In this document: piece by piece, positions 8,773-17,989 of the stretch
Numbering within the stretch: the first letter of the stretch is position 1
Layout of the letters: every line of letters starts with the position of its first letter
Program-made: the position numbers and the translations under genes
Notes under the pieces: generated by a model
What the model saw: the letters and a program-made list of their open reading frames with translations, nothing else
Database searches by the model: none
What the model was told of the DNA's origin: nothing
Source: a virus
Lineage: Duplodnaviria > Caudoviricetes
Virus record (IMG/VR): IMGVR_UViG_3300027969_002501
Coordinates: 1-52,669 of that record
Length of the DNA: 52,669 bases
Direction: 5' to 3' (one strand)

Positions 8773-10683
8773 TTACTTTGCTGTCTGTGTGTCAACTTCT
8801 GTGAAGCTCGCATCAACAGTTTGGCCATCTTTTGGTTGTTCTGTTTGTGCGGCATTCTTTGCGGCCTCGGCGGCCTGTTTCTTTTCAAACACCGGTTTAC
8901 CTGATTCAAAAAGATTCTGTACTGACTTTTGGATAGCTTCTGGATCTTCTCCGGCAACTGCTTCGTCAACACTTTTAAGTGCAGTTTCAACAGTAGTCTT
9001 TTCTTCTTCAGTCAATTGTTCTTTAACTTCTTCAAAGTCTTTCTTAAAGCTATGAGTAGCACCGTCAGCTTGATTACGTGCTTCGATGAGCTCTTTAGCT
9101 TTCTTATCGGACTCTGCGTTTTGTTCGGCTTCTTGCACCATACGTTCAATATCTTCCTTGCTTAGTCCGCCATCACTCTTAATAGTGATTTTGTTTTCTT
9201 TGCCAGTAGTTTTATCTTTAGCACTGATGTTCATAATGCCGTTAGCATCAATGTCAAATGTAACTTCAATTTGTGGCATACCGCGTGGCTGTGGTTGAAT
9301 GCCGTCTAAGTTAAACTCGCCTAGTGCTTTATTAAATTTGTATAGTTCACGTTCACCTTGCCCAACTTTAATAGTTACAGCAGGCTGATTGTCTTCAGCA
9401 GTACTAAATGTTTGGCTAGCTTTGGTTGGGATAGTTGTGTTCTTTTGAATAACTTTAGTAAACACACCGCCCATTGTTTCAATACCCAAGCTCAATGGAG
9501 TAACGTCTAACAACAGTACGTCTGTCTTGTCGCCTGCTAGCACAGCACCTTGTACTGCGGCACCTGCGGCAACAGCTTCGTCTGGGTTAACGTCTTTACG
9601 TGGAGCCTTGCCAAACAGCTTCTCAACTGCTTCTTGTACTTTGGGCATACGTGTTTGTCCGCCAACAAGAATAACTTCATCAATATCGGCCGCTGTTACT
9701 TTAGCATCTGACATGGCAATCTTACATGGCTCGATTGAACGCTTGATTAAGTCTTCGACCATTTGTTCGAACTTAGCACGAGTTAGTTTAACATTCAAGT
9801 GCTTAGGACCACTTGCATCTGCTGTGATGTATGGCAAGTTAACATCTGTGCTGGCCGCACTAGACAATTCAATCTTGGCCTTTTCAGCTGAGTCTTTCAA
9901 ACGTTGTAGTGCTAGTTGGTCTTGTTTAAGATCAATGCCGTTTTCTTTCTTGAATACTGCTACCAAGTGATCCATAATTGCTTGGTCAAAGTCTTCACCA
10001 CCAAGGAATGTATCACCGTTTGTTGACAATACTTCAATTTGTTTGTCGCCATCAATGTTGGCAATTTCAATAATGCTGATATCAAATGTACCACCACCCA
10101 AGTCGTATACCGCAATCTTGCGATCCTTCTTGTCTTGTTTGTCCACGCCATATGCTAGTGCGGCCGCTGTGGGCTCATTGATAATACGCAACACTTCTAA
10201 GCCAGCAATCTTACCAGCGTCCTTAGTTGCTTGACGTTGGCTGTCGTTGAAGTAAGCTGGTACTGTGATAACAGCCTGTGTTACTTCGTGACCAAGATAG
10301 TCTTCAGCTGTCTTTTTCATCTTACGCAATACTTCAGCACTTACTTGTTGTGGAGCAAGTTTTTGATCATTAGCTTCAATCCATGCATCTCCATTGTCAG
10401 CTCGGACAATGTTGTATGGCATCAGGCCAATATCTTTCTGTACTTCTTTTTCGTCAAACTTGCGGCCAATGAGGCGCTTGCTTGCGTAGATTGTATTTTT
10501 TGGGTTTGTTACTGCTTGTCGTTTAGCTGTAGCACCGACGAGAATTTCGTCTTTGGTGTAAGCCACGATTGATGGTGTTGTTCTAGCACCTTCGCTGTTT
10601 TCAATTATTTTAGCAACTCCGTTTTCTAGGATTGCTACACAGCTATTTGTTGTACCTAAGTCGATACCGATGATTTTGCTCAT
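8773..10683 (-). CDS. dnaK: Chaperone DnaK (Hsp70)
   Basis: [48 protein letters not shown]; full length 636 aa. Confidence 0.99.
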   Translation of the reverse strand: MSKIIGIDLGTTNSCVAILENGVAKIIENSEGARTTPSIVAYTKDEILVGATAKRQAVTNPKNTIYASKRLIGRKFDEKEVQKDIGLMPYNIVRADNGDAWIEANDQKLAPQQVSAEVLRKMKKTAEDYLGHEVTQAVITVPAYFNDSQRQATKDAGKIAGLEVLRIINEPTAAALAYGVDKQDKKDRKIAVYDLGGGTFDISIIEIANIDGDKQIEVLSTNGDTFLGGEDFDQAIMDHLVAVFKKENGIDLKQDQLALQRLKDSAEKAKIELSSAASTDVNLPYITADASGPKHLNVKLTRAKFEQMVEDLIKRSIEPCKIAMSDAKVTAADIDEVILVGGQTRMPKVQEAVEKLFGKAPRKDVNPDEAVAAGAAVQGAVLAGDKTDVLLLDVTPLSLGIETMGGVFTKVIQKNTTIPTKASQTFSTAEDNQPAVTIKVGQGERELYKFNKALGEFNLDGIQPQPRGMPQIEVTFDIDANGIMNISAKDKTTGKENKITIKSDGGLSKEDIERMVQEAEQNAESDKKAKELIEARNQADGATHSFKKDFEEVKEQLTEEEKTTVETALKSVDEAVAGEDPEAIQKSVQNLFESGKPVFEKKQAAEAAKNAAQTEQPKDGQTVDASFTEVDTQTAK

Positions 10684-10746
10684 ATTGTTCTCCTTTAATT
10701 AAGCAAGAATATGTAGGCCCTTACGGCGCACTACAAATTTATTTAT
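10684..10746 (-). promoter_or_regulatory. dnaK leader: ATAAATA promoter, 5' hairpin and ROSE-like RNA thermometer
   Basis: UUCUUGCUU-AAUUA-AAGGAGAA at 10688-10709, near-identical to the hsp20 leader. Confidence 0.72.
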
Positions 10747-10747
10747 C

Positions 10748-11032
10748 TCAGATATTCTCTGAATTAAAGATATTGGACCATTTTTTTAACTTTTCAATCT
10801 TAGCTATTTTTGCAGATTCCAAAGATGTGCTGGAAATAACTTGCATATCTAGCAAAATATCTATCATAGCCAATAAATCGCCAAGTTCTTCTTCTAAGTG
10901 TTCGCAATTAGTTTTGGGCTTGCCGGGCTTTAAATTATCTAGCCCAAACCTATGGCACTTGCTAACTGCTTGAATTACTTCTGCACATTCTTCTGAAAGA
11001 ATGTTCATTACTTCGCGTTCACGTTCGTTCAT
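10748..11032 (-). CDS. MazG-like NTP pyrophosphohydrolase
   Basis: ILSEECAEVIQAVSK...LEEELGDLL (EExxE / EExxD); start moved to ATG 11032. Confidence 0.85.
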   Translation of the reverse strand: MNEREREVMNILSEECAEVIQAVSKCHRFGLDNLKPGKPKTNCEHLEEELGDLLAMIDILLDMQVISSTSLESAKIAKIEKLKKWSNIFNSENI

Positions 11033-11033
11033 A

Positions 11034-11618
11034 TTATCTTTCGTTTTTAAAAGGTGTAATGTAATTACCTTCTCTTGTCGTACTGCTACGCAAAAGTGTA
11101 TATACATTTTGAATGCCAACTGCTTGATTGTATGCATCTTGTAACGCATGGTGAGCTGTTACAGTTGGACGGCGTGGATCAATGCCTAAGTCAAAGGCAG
11201 TACGTACATCACGTATTTGCCAAAAACTCCATGGGATCGCCTTGTTGAGTTTGCGATATGCTGTTTCGCAAATTGGAATGTCAAAGCAAGCACCGTTGGC
11301 CCACACACGCTTTGCGCCCCAGCAAAACTTATAAAGTTTTTCCATAGCGTCACGTATATGAATTCGGCCTTCTGTTCCAAAGGCTTCATCTTGTGCTTCT
11401 TGGCTTTGTTGTGCCCACCATGCTATAGTGTCATCGTTAACTGCGAGTCCAAGTTCGTCACAGCTATCCAAATCTACTCTAACATAGAAAGAATCCATTG
11501 CAGGTTCTTCAATGTCTTTCCCAAACGGGTCAAACTTTACAGCACCAATTGTTAGAATTGTAGCATCAGTTGAAGTTGCTAGCGTTTCCAAATCAATCAT
11601 AATATCCGTATTGGCCAT
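11034..11618 (-). CDS. DEDDh 3'-5' exonuclease/exoribonuclease
   Basis: MIDLETL, WANGACFD, RDVRT, HHALQDA. Confidence 0.9.
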   Translation of the reverse strand: MANTDIMIDLETLATSTDATILTIGAVKFDPFGKDIEEPAMDSFYVRVDLDSCDELGLAVNDDTIAWWAQQSQEAQDEAFGTEGRIHIRDAMEKLYKFCWGAKRVWANGACFDIPICETAYRKLNKAIPWSFWQIRDVRTAFDLGIDPRRPTVTAHHALQDAYNQAVGIQNVYTLLRSSTTREGNYITPFKNER

Positions 11619-11646
11619 TTAAATTCTTTCTTAATTGTGAACTTAA

Positions 11647-11675
11647 ATTATAACAGATACTATGCGCTACGTCAA
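11647..11675 (-). promoter_or_regulatory. sigma70-type promoter
   Basis: TTGACG-17 nt-TATAAT upstream of the exonuclease. Confidence 0.8.
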
Positions 11676-11908
11676 TACATTTTCTTAGGTAATTGCTCTT
11701 TTTCCAGCTTCTTTTTATATCGATTTATTGCGGCTGATTTTTTACGTTTGCGTTCAGTCGTTGGCTTTTCGTAAAACTCTTTTTTACGTAGTGTATCCAA
11801 AAGCCCACTGTCTTCAATCTTACGCTTAAATCGTCGTAATGCTTGTGTTATGTTTTCATTATCTTTGACAGTAACACGATTACCATCATAGCGTTTTTCT
11901 CTACTCAT
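11672..11908 (-). CDS. rpsU: Ribosomal protein bS21
   Basis: [26 protein letters not shown]...[18 protein letters not shown]. Confidence 0.95.
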   Translation of the reverse strand: MSREKRYDGNRVTVKDNENITQALRRFKRKIEDSGLLDTLRKKEFYEKPTTERKRKKSAAINRYKKKLEKEQLPKKMY

Positions 11909-12308
11909 CTGCTTCATCCTCGTTGTCTTCGTTTTTAACTTGTTGAACTATCCAATCCAAATCGTAAATTCTGTTTTTGTTGATTAAACCATAAGGTGTA
12001 ATCTCGTCGTTAGTTATATAGTGTGTATTTGGTTGGGCTAACAAATAAGTGACAAATTTATGAGTAATCATATCACAGTTATCTACGTCAATGATAATAA
12101 CATCACATTGGTTGGCTACACTTAATAACCAATCAATATCTTGTTCGTTGTCGTCGTATACAAACACATTAATTTCTTCCATAATATGACTTAATATGGT
12201 TTGAAACTGTTGCTTAACATATAGTGATGGTTTCACTAATAAGTAGCCTAAGTTCATGTTGAACAATTTATCAGGCGGTGTTATCAGATTGATCTTTCCT
12301 AAGCTCAT
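11901..12308 (-). CDS. Hypothetical phage protein
   Basis: ORF with AAGGA SD before ATG 12308, overlapping neighbours. Confidence 0.75.
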   Translation of the reverse strand: MSLGKINLITPPDKLFNMNLGYLLVKPSLYVKQQFQTILSHIMEEINVFVYDDNEQDIDWLLSVANQCDVIIIDVDNCDMITHKFVTYLLAQPNTHYITNDEITPYGLINKNRIYDLDWIVQQVKNEDNEDEADE

Positions 12309-12612
12309 ATATCCTTCTTGCAAAATATTCTAATGTTTCTTCATCGTACCCGTAAAAACGAGCACCATTTACTTTACAATCTTCCACAAAATTATAAAGT
12401 TTAGGTTCTAAATCCTTGTTTACTTGTATGCTTTGAAATCCATCTCGACCGTATTCCACATGCAATTGACTACGGGGTTTTAGATCGGTGTTTCTTTCAG
12501 TGATCCTTGACCATAATGTACTAGCGCCTTGTTCAGCGTTTTGTACATAGTCATTACTTATGATCGGTTTCTGATCTGTATCGATCCGTCTGGAGCCTTG
12601 GTCATATAAGTC
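12271..12612 (-). CDS. -1 frame extension of the upstream membrane protein (no convincing own start)
   Basis: Open from the A9G site at 12612 (DLYDQGSRR...YVQNAEQGASTLWSR...) to the stop at 12271. Confidence 0.7.
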   Translation of the reverse strand, partial: DLYDQGSRRIDTDQKPIISNDYVQNAEQGASTLWSRITERNTDLKPRSQLHVEYGRDGFQSIQVNKDLEPKLYNFVEDCKVNGARFYGYDEETLEYFARRIYELRKDQSDNTA

Positions 12613-13802
12613 TTTTTTTTTGATTCGTCGGGTTCTATAACTTCTGTAAGATCAGGCTTAGTGCGCTCATTGTTATGTTCAACAAGTTCAGGAAGTATTT
12701 GATATTTACGAGCTTCCTTCTCGACTACCTCTTTGTGTGCCTCTGCTTCTGCCTCTGCAATCATATTGTTCCATTGCTCTATTGGCTGTGGAATTTCTTG
12801 ATCTGACGATTCCTGTCCAGTTATATCACCTCCTAGTGCTGTAACAGGCGTTTCGCTTGGTGCCTCAATTTGATTAATATTTGTAGTTTGATCTGCTGTT
12901 GTGATTGGCTCAGGATAATCCGGTTCGTGATGGTCATCCAAAATGGTATATTCAACTTCGGGTTCTTTGATTGCTTCTGCAACTTCTTGTATAGGTTCGT
13001 CTACAATTTCTTCCAGTTTGGCTGGTTCAATTACTGCGGGTTCTTCTTTGCGCCAACCAAAGGTCATTTGTGCGGCCAATAACATGATAACTGCTAGAGG
13101 ATCAAATACAACTACAATAAGAACAATGATCCATGTTACTGCTTTTTCCAACATGTTTTCATCTGCGCCAGAGTTGCCGTAGATAAACTTGGCAATGTAT
13201 TTGATTGGGCCTACTTCTGCCTCAACCTTGCGTACTTCTGCCGCGATTGGAGCACGTTCTTGGCTAACGGCGGCAATAGTTTTCTGTTCGGCTGTGATCT
13301 CAGACTGAAGCCTTGCACGTTCTTTTTGCTGACTACGTCTAATTTGAACAGCTTTCTCGGCACCCTTTTCGTCACTGCTTCGGCCCATGACTTGGTCCAC
13401 AGCTTCATCCATTTGTTTAAGAGCTTTGCGGTTTGCATCTATGTTGTCTCTGCTGGTTTTAATCTTTTCGTCGTAGATAGCAATCTTACTTTGAACATCG
13501 CCTGACACTAAGTTTTGGTCGTTGTGTGCTTTACTAAGGAATCCAAAGATACCCATTGAAGTAATGAGCATCAGCACCATGACCGCAGTGATCATGTAAT
13601 ATTTCATGAAACGTGGAGCACGTTCCCAATTGGCTTTTAGCCAGCTAGCGCATACTAACTTGCCTACTTCTAAAGCTGATCCCATAATAATGATTGGAAT
13701 AGCCGCGGCAGAAAATATTGCGGTCAAGCCTACTACAGAATAGTAGATTGCGACCGCAGATATTGTTAAACCAGTTAATAGGAGTAAGTACGCGAGTATC
13801 AT
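12558..13802 (-). CDS. Multi-pass membrane protein with coiled coil and acidic tail
   Basis: Three N-terminal TM helices, coiled coil, one more TM helix, E/P-rich tail; ends shortly after SKKK encoded by TCA AAA AAA AAG. Confidence 0.85.
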   Translation of the reverse strand: MILAYLLLLTGLTISAVAIYYSVVGLTAIFSAAAIPIIIMGSALEVGKLVCASWLKANWERAPRFMKYYMITAVMVLMLITSMGIFGFLSKAHNDQNLVSGDVQSKIAIYDEKIKTSRDNIDANRKALKQMDEAVDQVMGRSSDEKGAEKAVQIRRSQQKERARLQSEITAEQKTIAAVSQERAPIAAEVRKVEAEVGPIKYIAKFIYGNSGADENMLEKAVTWIIVLIVVVFDPLAVIMLLAAQMTFGWRKEEPAVIEPAKLEEIVDEPIQEVAEAIKEPEVEYTILDDHHEPDYPEPITTADQTTNINQIEAPSETPVTALGGDITGQESSDQEIPQPIEQWNNMIAEAEAEAHKEVVEKEARKYQILPELVEHNNERTKPDLTEVIEPDESKKKTYMTKAPDGSIQIRNRS

Positions 13803-13809
13803 CCAGTCC

Positions 13810-14409
13810 TTAATCGAATAAAGTTGATTCGTCGATTTGGGTTACAGTTAATACACCAAGTGTCTGTGCGGCTGTTTGGGCCGATGCTGTAACTGTAATT
13901 GATTGTTGCGTATCAACAGAATTGCCGCCATCGTATACACGAACTGTAGCTGTTGTGTTATCACGGATACCTTGAGCTACTGCATTTTTTACCACCAATG
14001 CAGTTGTAGTCATAGCCGCGCCGTTGATATCGTTGCCAACAGTAGTAGCACCTTGCACAGAACCTGTAATGGCCGCAAATAATGGACGCTCAAATAATAC
14101 TGTAAATTCTAAACTAGTTGCTTGAGCACTTCCGTTAGCTTCTGTAATTGTAATATTACGAACTTGGCAATCACTTAATGCTTGCAGGCGATTAACTATG
14201 TTGCGGAAACGCATGTTGCCTCTAGCACGGGCTTTACCCAATACTAGTGTAGTTGGCAACGTTGCAAAACTATCTGACGAGTTTGGTGTAACTCCGCCGT
14301 TATTATTACCGTCCGCTGTTGGGAAGTATGTCCCACTAGACATGTCGATAATAACTTTGTACATTTCAGCTTGTAGCTGATTGGTGTCTTGTTGAAATCC
14401 TGATGGCAT
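13810..14409 (-). CDS. Putative virion structural protein
   Basis: T/A/G/N-rich; ATAAATA at 14434-14440 and GGAG SD. Confidence 0.6.
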   Translation of the reverse strand: MPSGFQQDTNQLQAEMYKVIIDMSSGTYFPTADGNNNGGVTPNSSDSFATLPTTLVLGKARARGNMRFRNIVNRLQALSDCQVRNITITEANGSAQATSLEFTVLFERPLFAAITGSVQGATTVGNDINGAAMTTTALVVKNAVAQGIRDNTTATVRVYDGGNSVDTQQSITVTASAQTAAQTLGVLTVTQIDESTLFD

Positions 14410-14492
14410 TATTATGCTCCTATTAATATCATATATTTATCAGCAATTAGCCCTAATGTCTAATTCTACACTAGGGCTATGCTGAAAGCAAG

Positions 14493-14840
14493 TTATTTGA
14501 ACACTATTAATGCCAAAAGTGCGGCTTGTACAAAGAATCCAAATCCTATTGTAACAATATTTAATAGATCCTTTTGGATAGTTGCTTTAATAAACAAGGC
14601 AAATAATCCCGCCCAAACAAACAGGACTAGATCCACAGGAGGCATTTTTTCAGTCAGTCCTGTCAATACCGCTACCATAGTTGGGATTGTGGCCAGATGC
14701 ATTAGAATGCCTGCTATCCAGCCCATTGTTTCTGCGCTAACATGTGGTGCATGTTCTTTAACGTTTTTAACCCACAAATCTAAATTAAAAAGATCACTAA
14801 TGTTAGTTTTGATGCGTTCTGCTAAAATATTCAAATTCAT
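14493..14840 (-). CDS. Small multi-pass membrane protein
   Basis: About three hydrophobic helices; directly downstream of the cell wall hydrolase. Confidence 0.75.
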   Translation of the reverse strand: MNLNILAERIKTNISDLFNLDLWVKNVKEHAPHVSAETMGWIAGILMHLATIPTMVAVLTGLTEKMPPVDLVLFVWAGLFALFIKATIQKDLLNIVTIGFGFFVQAALLALIVFK

Positions 14841-14848
14841 GTTATCTC

Positions 14849-15379
14849 CTAATTATAAAAAATGTGTCGGCCGATTTTGGCCACGGGTTGTTTGCCCCAT
14901 TTAGGGTTGATATAATCGCCATGGAAGTAAAGTGCATTTTTAATTGATGGCAATCTAAATCCTTCAAGCAATACTTTTTTGGCTACTTCCATGCTTTCTG
15001 TGTATACAGGACCATTCATAGGCTTTTTAGCACTAGGGCCTTCGCAGTACCAGCTGAACTGGCAAAGCACTTTTTCATATACAACATTCTTTTGATATAC
15101 TACTTGGCAGATGTCACTGGGAAATTGTCCGCTTTCTGCACGATTGATTGTTACCTGAGCAACTGCGACCTTGCCTTCAAAAGACTCATAGCCTGCTTCA
15201 TGGTAGATATTACGAGCTAGACAGTCTAGTTGCTTCTGTCTCAATTCTGCTGTAATTGGGCTCACGTTTTCGCGAGCATGTCGTAGGGTGTCCAGTTTGT
15301 AATTTACTGCCTTAACCCCTGCTAGTCCTACAAGCATCATTGCTAAAATAAAGACTACTGTTTTGATAATGCGTATCAT
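14849..15379 (-). CDS. SleB-like cell wall hydrolase (Hydrolase_2) with N-terminal anchor
   Basis: CLARNIYHEAGYESFEGKVAVAQVTINR, CQFSW, ALYFHGDYINPKW, IGRHIFY. Confidence 0.93.
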   Translation of the reverse strand: MIRIIKTVVFILAMMLVGLAGVKAVNYKLDTLRHARENVSPITAELRQKQLDCLARNIYHEAGYESFEGKVAVAQVTINRAESGQFPSDICQVVYQKNVVYEKVLCQFSWYCEGPSAKKPMNGPVYTESMEVAKKVLLEGFRLPSIKNALYFHGDYINPKWGKQPVAKIGRHIFYN

Positions 15380-15555
15380 ATGATTTTTCTCCTTTACGCT
15401 GGATCACGGAATCGCTAGTTCCGTCATTATAAAATATGGCTCTGATACATCTCCTTGTGCGTTAAAAGCCTTACTGCTTTGTTGTACTCCAAACCTTTTG
15501 AGGTACAATATATAGTTATGCCATGATAGCCGGTATAAAAACATAAGTTTAATGG

Positions 15556-15948
15556 TTATCTACGCATTTTACTAATATCTACTGCTTGTTCGTCGCTAAA
15601 GACGGGTACAGCGTTGCTTTTATGCATAGTAGCAATGCCTTTTACCATAGTGCCTGTGTAAACTTTTGGTGTAGGCAATATACAAGCACCACCGCTAAAT
15701 GGTAAACTTGGGTGTTTGACATCAGTACCATATCTACTGTATGGTTTATTATCGGGTTTCCAAACTTCGCTGGTCATAGCACGATTGCGTTTCTTTTCTT
15801 CTGCTTCAATGCCCCAACGCTTCTGTAGCTCTTTCCAACTTTCTTCCTGCTCACGAGCCTTTCTAGCATGTTCTGCACTAGCGAATTTCTTTTTACCTTT
15901 TTTCTTGCCGGTGGTACTGAGCCACGGACCTTCTAAATGCATACTCAA
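15556..15948 (-). CDS. Basic conserved-type phage protein
   Basis: C-terminal YTGTMVKGIATMHKSNAVPV; sigma70 promoter upstream; start uncertain. Confidence 0.75.
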   Translation of the reverse strand: MSMHLEGPWLSTTGKKKGKKKFASAEHARKAREQEESWKELQKRWGIEAEEKKRNRAMTSEVWKPDNKPYSRYGTDVKHPSLPFSGGACILPTPKVYTGTMVKGIATMHKSNAVPVFSDEQAVDISKMRR

Positions 15949-15980
15949 AATAATCTCCAAAAGTTATAACATTAACTAGT

Positions 15981-16009
15981 ATTATACAGTTATCTGTAGT
16001 TAAAGTCAA
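15981..16009 (-). promoter_or_regulatory. sigma70-type promoter
   Basis: TTGACT-17 nt-TATAAT. Confidence 0.8.
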
Positions 16010-16020
16010 GTATTTTTGGT

Positions 16021-16347
16021 TTAAACTCTGAACGATTCGCCGCAACCACATCGATCACGTTCATTTGGGTTTTGGAAGTCAAACCCTTCATTGAGTCCAT
16101 TGCGGACCCAATCTACTGTTAGTCCATTTAAATATGCTTGTGACTTAGCATCTACCAACACAACAAAATCTCGTTGGGCATAATTGGTTACACCCGGTTC
16201 TGCGGTGTATTCGTCTACATATTCGATAGTGTATGCTAATCCACTACATCCAGTAGTTCTCACACCCAATCGAATGCCAACGCCTCGACCACGTTTTTCT
16301 AAATTCTGCTTGATTTTTTTAGTGGCTGTTTCGGTTACGGTAATCAT
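16021..16347 (-). CDS. iscA: Fe-S cluster A-type carrier IscA
   Basis: RLGVRTTGCSGLAY...FQNPNERDRCGCGESF. Confidence 0.96.
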   Translation of the reverse strand: MITVTETATKKIKQNLEKRGRGVGIRLGVRTTGCSGLAYTIEYVDEYTAEPGVTNYAQRDFVVLVDAKSQAYLNGLTVDWVRNGLNEGFDFQNPNERDRCGCGESFRV

Positions 16348-16705
16348 TTACAGCGGCCTTGATAGCATCTTCTGCAAGTATCGAGCAGTGAATTTTAACG
16401 GGCGGTAACGCCAATTCACTAGCGATATCTGAGTTCTTAATGGCCTGTGCCTCGTCCAAGTTCTTGCCCTTGAGCCACTCGGTGACAAGACTAGAACTAG
16501 CAATAGCACTACCACACCCATAAGTCTTAAACTTTGCATCTGTAATAATACCCGTATCATGATCTACTTTTATCTGTAGTTTCATTACATCGCCACAAGC
16601 GGGCGCACCGACCATACCAGTACCAATGTCAGGATCATCTTTTGAGAATGATCCAACATTCCTTGGATTTTCGTAGTGGTCGATTACCTTATCGCTGTAT
16701 GCCAT
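16319..16705 (-). CDS. iscU: Fe-S scaffold IscU
   Basis: YSDKVIDHYENPRNVG, GAPACGDVM, GCGSAIAS, LPPVKIHCS. Confidence 0.98.
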   Translation of the reverse strand: MAYSDKVIDHYENPRNVGSFSKDDPDIGTGMVGAPACGDVMKLQIKVDHDTGIITDAKFKTYGCGSAIASSSLVTEWLKGKNLDEAQAIKNSDIASELALPPVKIHCSILAEDAIKAAVNDYRNRNSH

Positions 16706-16720
16706 ACAGTATTTATAGTA

Positions 16721-16915
16721 TTATTTTACTTCTTTGCGTGTGTTTTTAACTGCTGTGACATCGTTACGAGTTTCTTTGCATAACTTAGCCAAATCTTGAC
16801 AATGCTTGCGCACACGAGTTCCTGCCGCACCGACTTCTTTGTCGTAAAACTTTTCAAAATCATTTTCCATTGCTTCGATGATTGCAGTGAATTCTGCGAA
16901 TTTATTTGTAGCCAT
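16721..16915 (-). CDS. Histone H1-like (Hc1-type) small protein
   Basis: DFEKFYDKEVGAAGTRVRK...LAKLCKETR pattern; AAGGAG SD before ATG 16915. Confidence 0.7.
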   Translation of the reverse strand: MATNKFAEFTAIIEAMENDFEKFYDKEVGAAGTRVRKHCQDLAKLCKETRNDVTAVKNTRKEVK

Positions 16916-16992
16916 ATATTTCTCCTTTAAGGCAAGTACCAAGTACTTATACCTAGTGTACAGGGGTAGAAAATAAAGGTCAACTAAATTGA

Positions 16993-17250
16993 TTAAGTTT
17001 CTTTAGGGACAGTATCTTGGATGCGCTTGCCGTCACCTAGTGAATTGCCAGTCCGTGCAGTTTTGCGGCCTTCGATGTATACTTGATGATCTGCTTCAGG
17101 CGCCAATATTGCATGACCTGAAGTGGATATAGAACCTTCCAATGCTACAGGTTTGCCATTGAGCGTTACAGTCTTGGCACCATTACCTACAAGATGTCCG
17201 CCGCCAGTTAACGTGGATATATCTATAATAGCAGTATCTCGATTTATCAT
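16993..17250 (-). CDS. PAAR-like spike tip protein
   Basis: TVTLNGKPVALEGS and VYIEGRKTARTGN repeats. Confidence 0.75.
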   Translation of the reverse strand: MINRDTAIIDISTLTGGGHLVGNGAKTVTLNGKPVALEGSISTSGHAILAPEADHQVYIEGRKTARTGNSLGDGKRIQDTVPKET

Positions 17251-17966
17251 ACTGCTAACGGATTGGCACGTCTTTGATAAATTGCGTTAATTTCATCTTT
17301 GATTTTACGTGCTGTTTTTTCATCTGCATAAAGCAATTGAGTTTGAAGTTTGCCTATAGCATAATAGTCTGTTACAAATTTACCAAATGCTGTTTGAGCA
17401 ATCCATTGCTGTGATATTGCAAAGCCTTTAGTTAGCGCACCAGTAACATACTCTTGTACTATATTTGTACCCGCTACCTGGGCATTAATTGTGCCTATTG
17501 CAACTACGCTTTTCTTCGTAGATGCTTCAAATTCTTCTGGTTCTACAACAATTGGGGGTTTGCCGGCTTCCATCAGAGCCTGGTTAGTAGCCTTTTGTTG
17601 AAATTGATTGTTATTTGCTTGATCAATAAATGCCATGGTTTGAATCGTTTTGGTTTCTATCGAAACATAGTGTATATTGGCTAAAGCTGTAAGCATATCT
17701 GCTTGACCTTTGTTTATTGAACTTATTGCGGTTTCTAAAGATTCAAATTTATCAGCTATTTTTGATAGCTTTTCATTCATTAACTCAATACTCTTTGCTT
17801 GTCCGGATACAATTTGCGTTAATCCTGGAGTTGCCGCGGCTGTAGGACCAAATAGACCTTCAAGGGCAAGCGTTTGCGCCGCAATGGCCGCCGCGGTAGT
17901 ATCGACAATAGTATATGTGCCAGTGCCGCCTATTGGTAATACTGTGGTTACTGTGACTATTGCCAT
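17247..17966 (-). CDS. Hypothetical (probably virion) protein
   Basis: 239-aa ORF with SD, coupled to the PAAR gene. Confidence 0.7.
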   Translation of the reverse strand: MAIVTVTTVLPIGGTGTYTIVDTTAAAIAAQTLALEGLFGPTAAATPGLTQIVSGQAKSIELMNEKLSKIADKFESLETAISSINKGQADMLTALANIHYVSIETKTIQTMAFIDQANNNQFQQKATNQALMEAGKPPIVVEPEEFEASTKKSVVAIGTINAQVAGTNIVQEYVTGALTKGFAISQQWIAQTAFGKFVTDYYAIGKLQTQLLYADEKTARKIKDEINAIYQRRANPLAV

Positions 17967-17989
17967 TTATACTTCTCCTAATATAATAT

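Noticed and set aside
16916-16940. Third ROSE-like element (CTTGCCTTAAAGGAG) before the Hc1-like gene
   Set aside because: Loop would be too short to form the ROSE hairpin and the U(U/C)GCU motif is imperfect
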